A stretch of DNA of 63,006 nucleotides, counting the filler, from a bacterium (GTDB lineage: Bacteria > JBDRGX01), in assembly GCA_043817485.1 (NCBI GenBank). It is 8 parts of 8 records of this genome, joined end to end, with 100 filler letters (N's around TTAATTAATTAA, not from the genome) between each part and the next. Parts side by side here need not be neighbours in the genome. Positions count along the whole stretch, not along the records: positions 54,425 to 63,006 come from JBDRGX010000096.1; 7 more parts are not named here. One strand, given 5' to 3'. Made by a program: the position numbers and the translations under genes. Shown here one piece after another: positions 62,777 through 63,006 of this stretch. Below the pieces are notes generated by a model that saw only the letters and a program-made list of their open reading frames with translations, ran no database searches and was not told where the DNA came from. Each line of letters starts with the position of its first letter. The stretch's first letter is position 1.

Positions 62777-63006
62777 AAAATCACTAATTTTATAGATGAT
62801 ATTTTTTTAGCACTACAAATAAAAAGGAAAAATTTTGATAAAAACTTTTTTACAAAAATTGAAAAATAAAAATTTAATTTTTGTTATTTTAGGATTTATA
62901 AATTTATTAATTAGTTTAAAACTTATGTATTCTCCTACCTATTTTAATTTTTCATATTCTTTTTATTTTCTTGCAATAATTTTAATTACTTCTTTTTCTC
63001 TTTCTT

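Noticed and set aside
1-63006. Alternative genetic code (TGA recoding) given the low GC
   Set aside because: Conserved genes are full length under code 11, Trp is TGG, and TGA ends genes at expected positions (e.g. plsY, argJ, ATGA overlaps)
62960-63006. Possible 3' end of a minus-strand gene (…EREKEVIKIIARK*)
   Set aside because: Too short to support or identify

Overview
Very AT-rich (by eye about a quarter GC) draft genome of a diderm, probably anaerobic bacterium; the phylum cannot be assigned from sequence alone. The window is eight contigs joined by seven artificial 100-nt N/TTAATTAATTAA spacers, so gene adjacency across spacers means nothing. Most content is housekeeping: LPS/outer membrane (lptF/G-like, lpxC, lptE, bamA, LolA-like), cell wall (mrdA, rodA), cofactor/amino acid/nucleotide metabolism (coaB, coaD, folC, thiL, thyX, purH, ilvB, leuC, aroQ, argJ, accD, plsY), repair (recN, recX, rmuC, mutM, xseA, stand-alone 5'-3' exonuclease), tRNA-Pro(CGG), tRNA-Asn(GTT) and tmRNA (tag ANNNLALAA). 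At least five genes carry single-base homopolymer frameshifts, probably sequencing errors. No CRISPR array, integrase or transposase was seen. The most unusual signal is non-coding: about ten intergenic regions are mosaics of shared, shuffled and nested modules. These include several REP-like hairpin families, a ~92-bp MITE-like element with TATATATAACG terminal inverted repeats, TATACC-type element ends and degenerate 7-mer arrays, and they often flank accessory-looking genes (dusB, HEPN). Other points of interest are a macrodomain-Nudix fusion, a C-terminal 'NWGKVKQLFR' motif alongside a T9SS/FlgD-like C-terminal domain protein, an unannotated 56-aa Cys-rich protein, and a corrinoid protein plus an MtaA/UroD-family methyltransferase.
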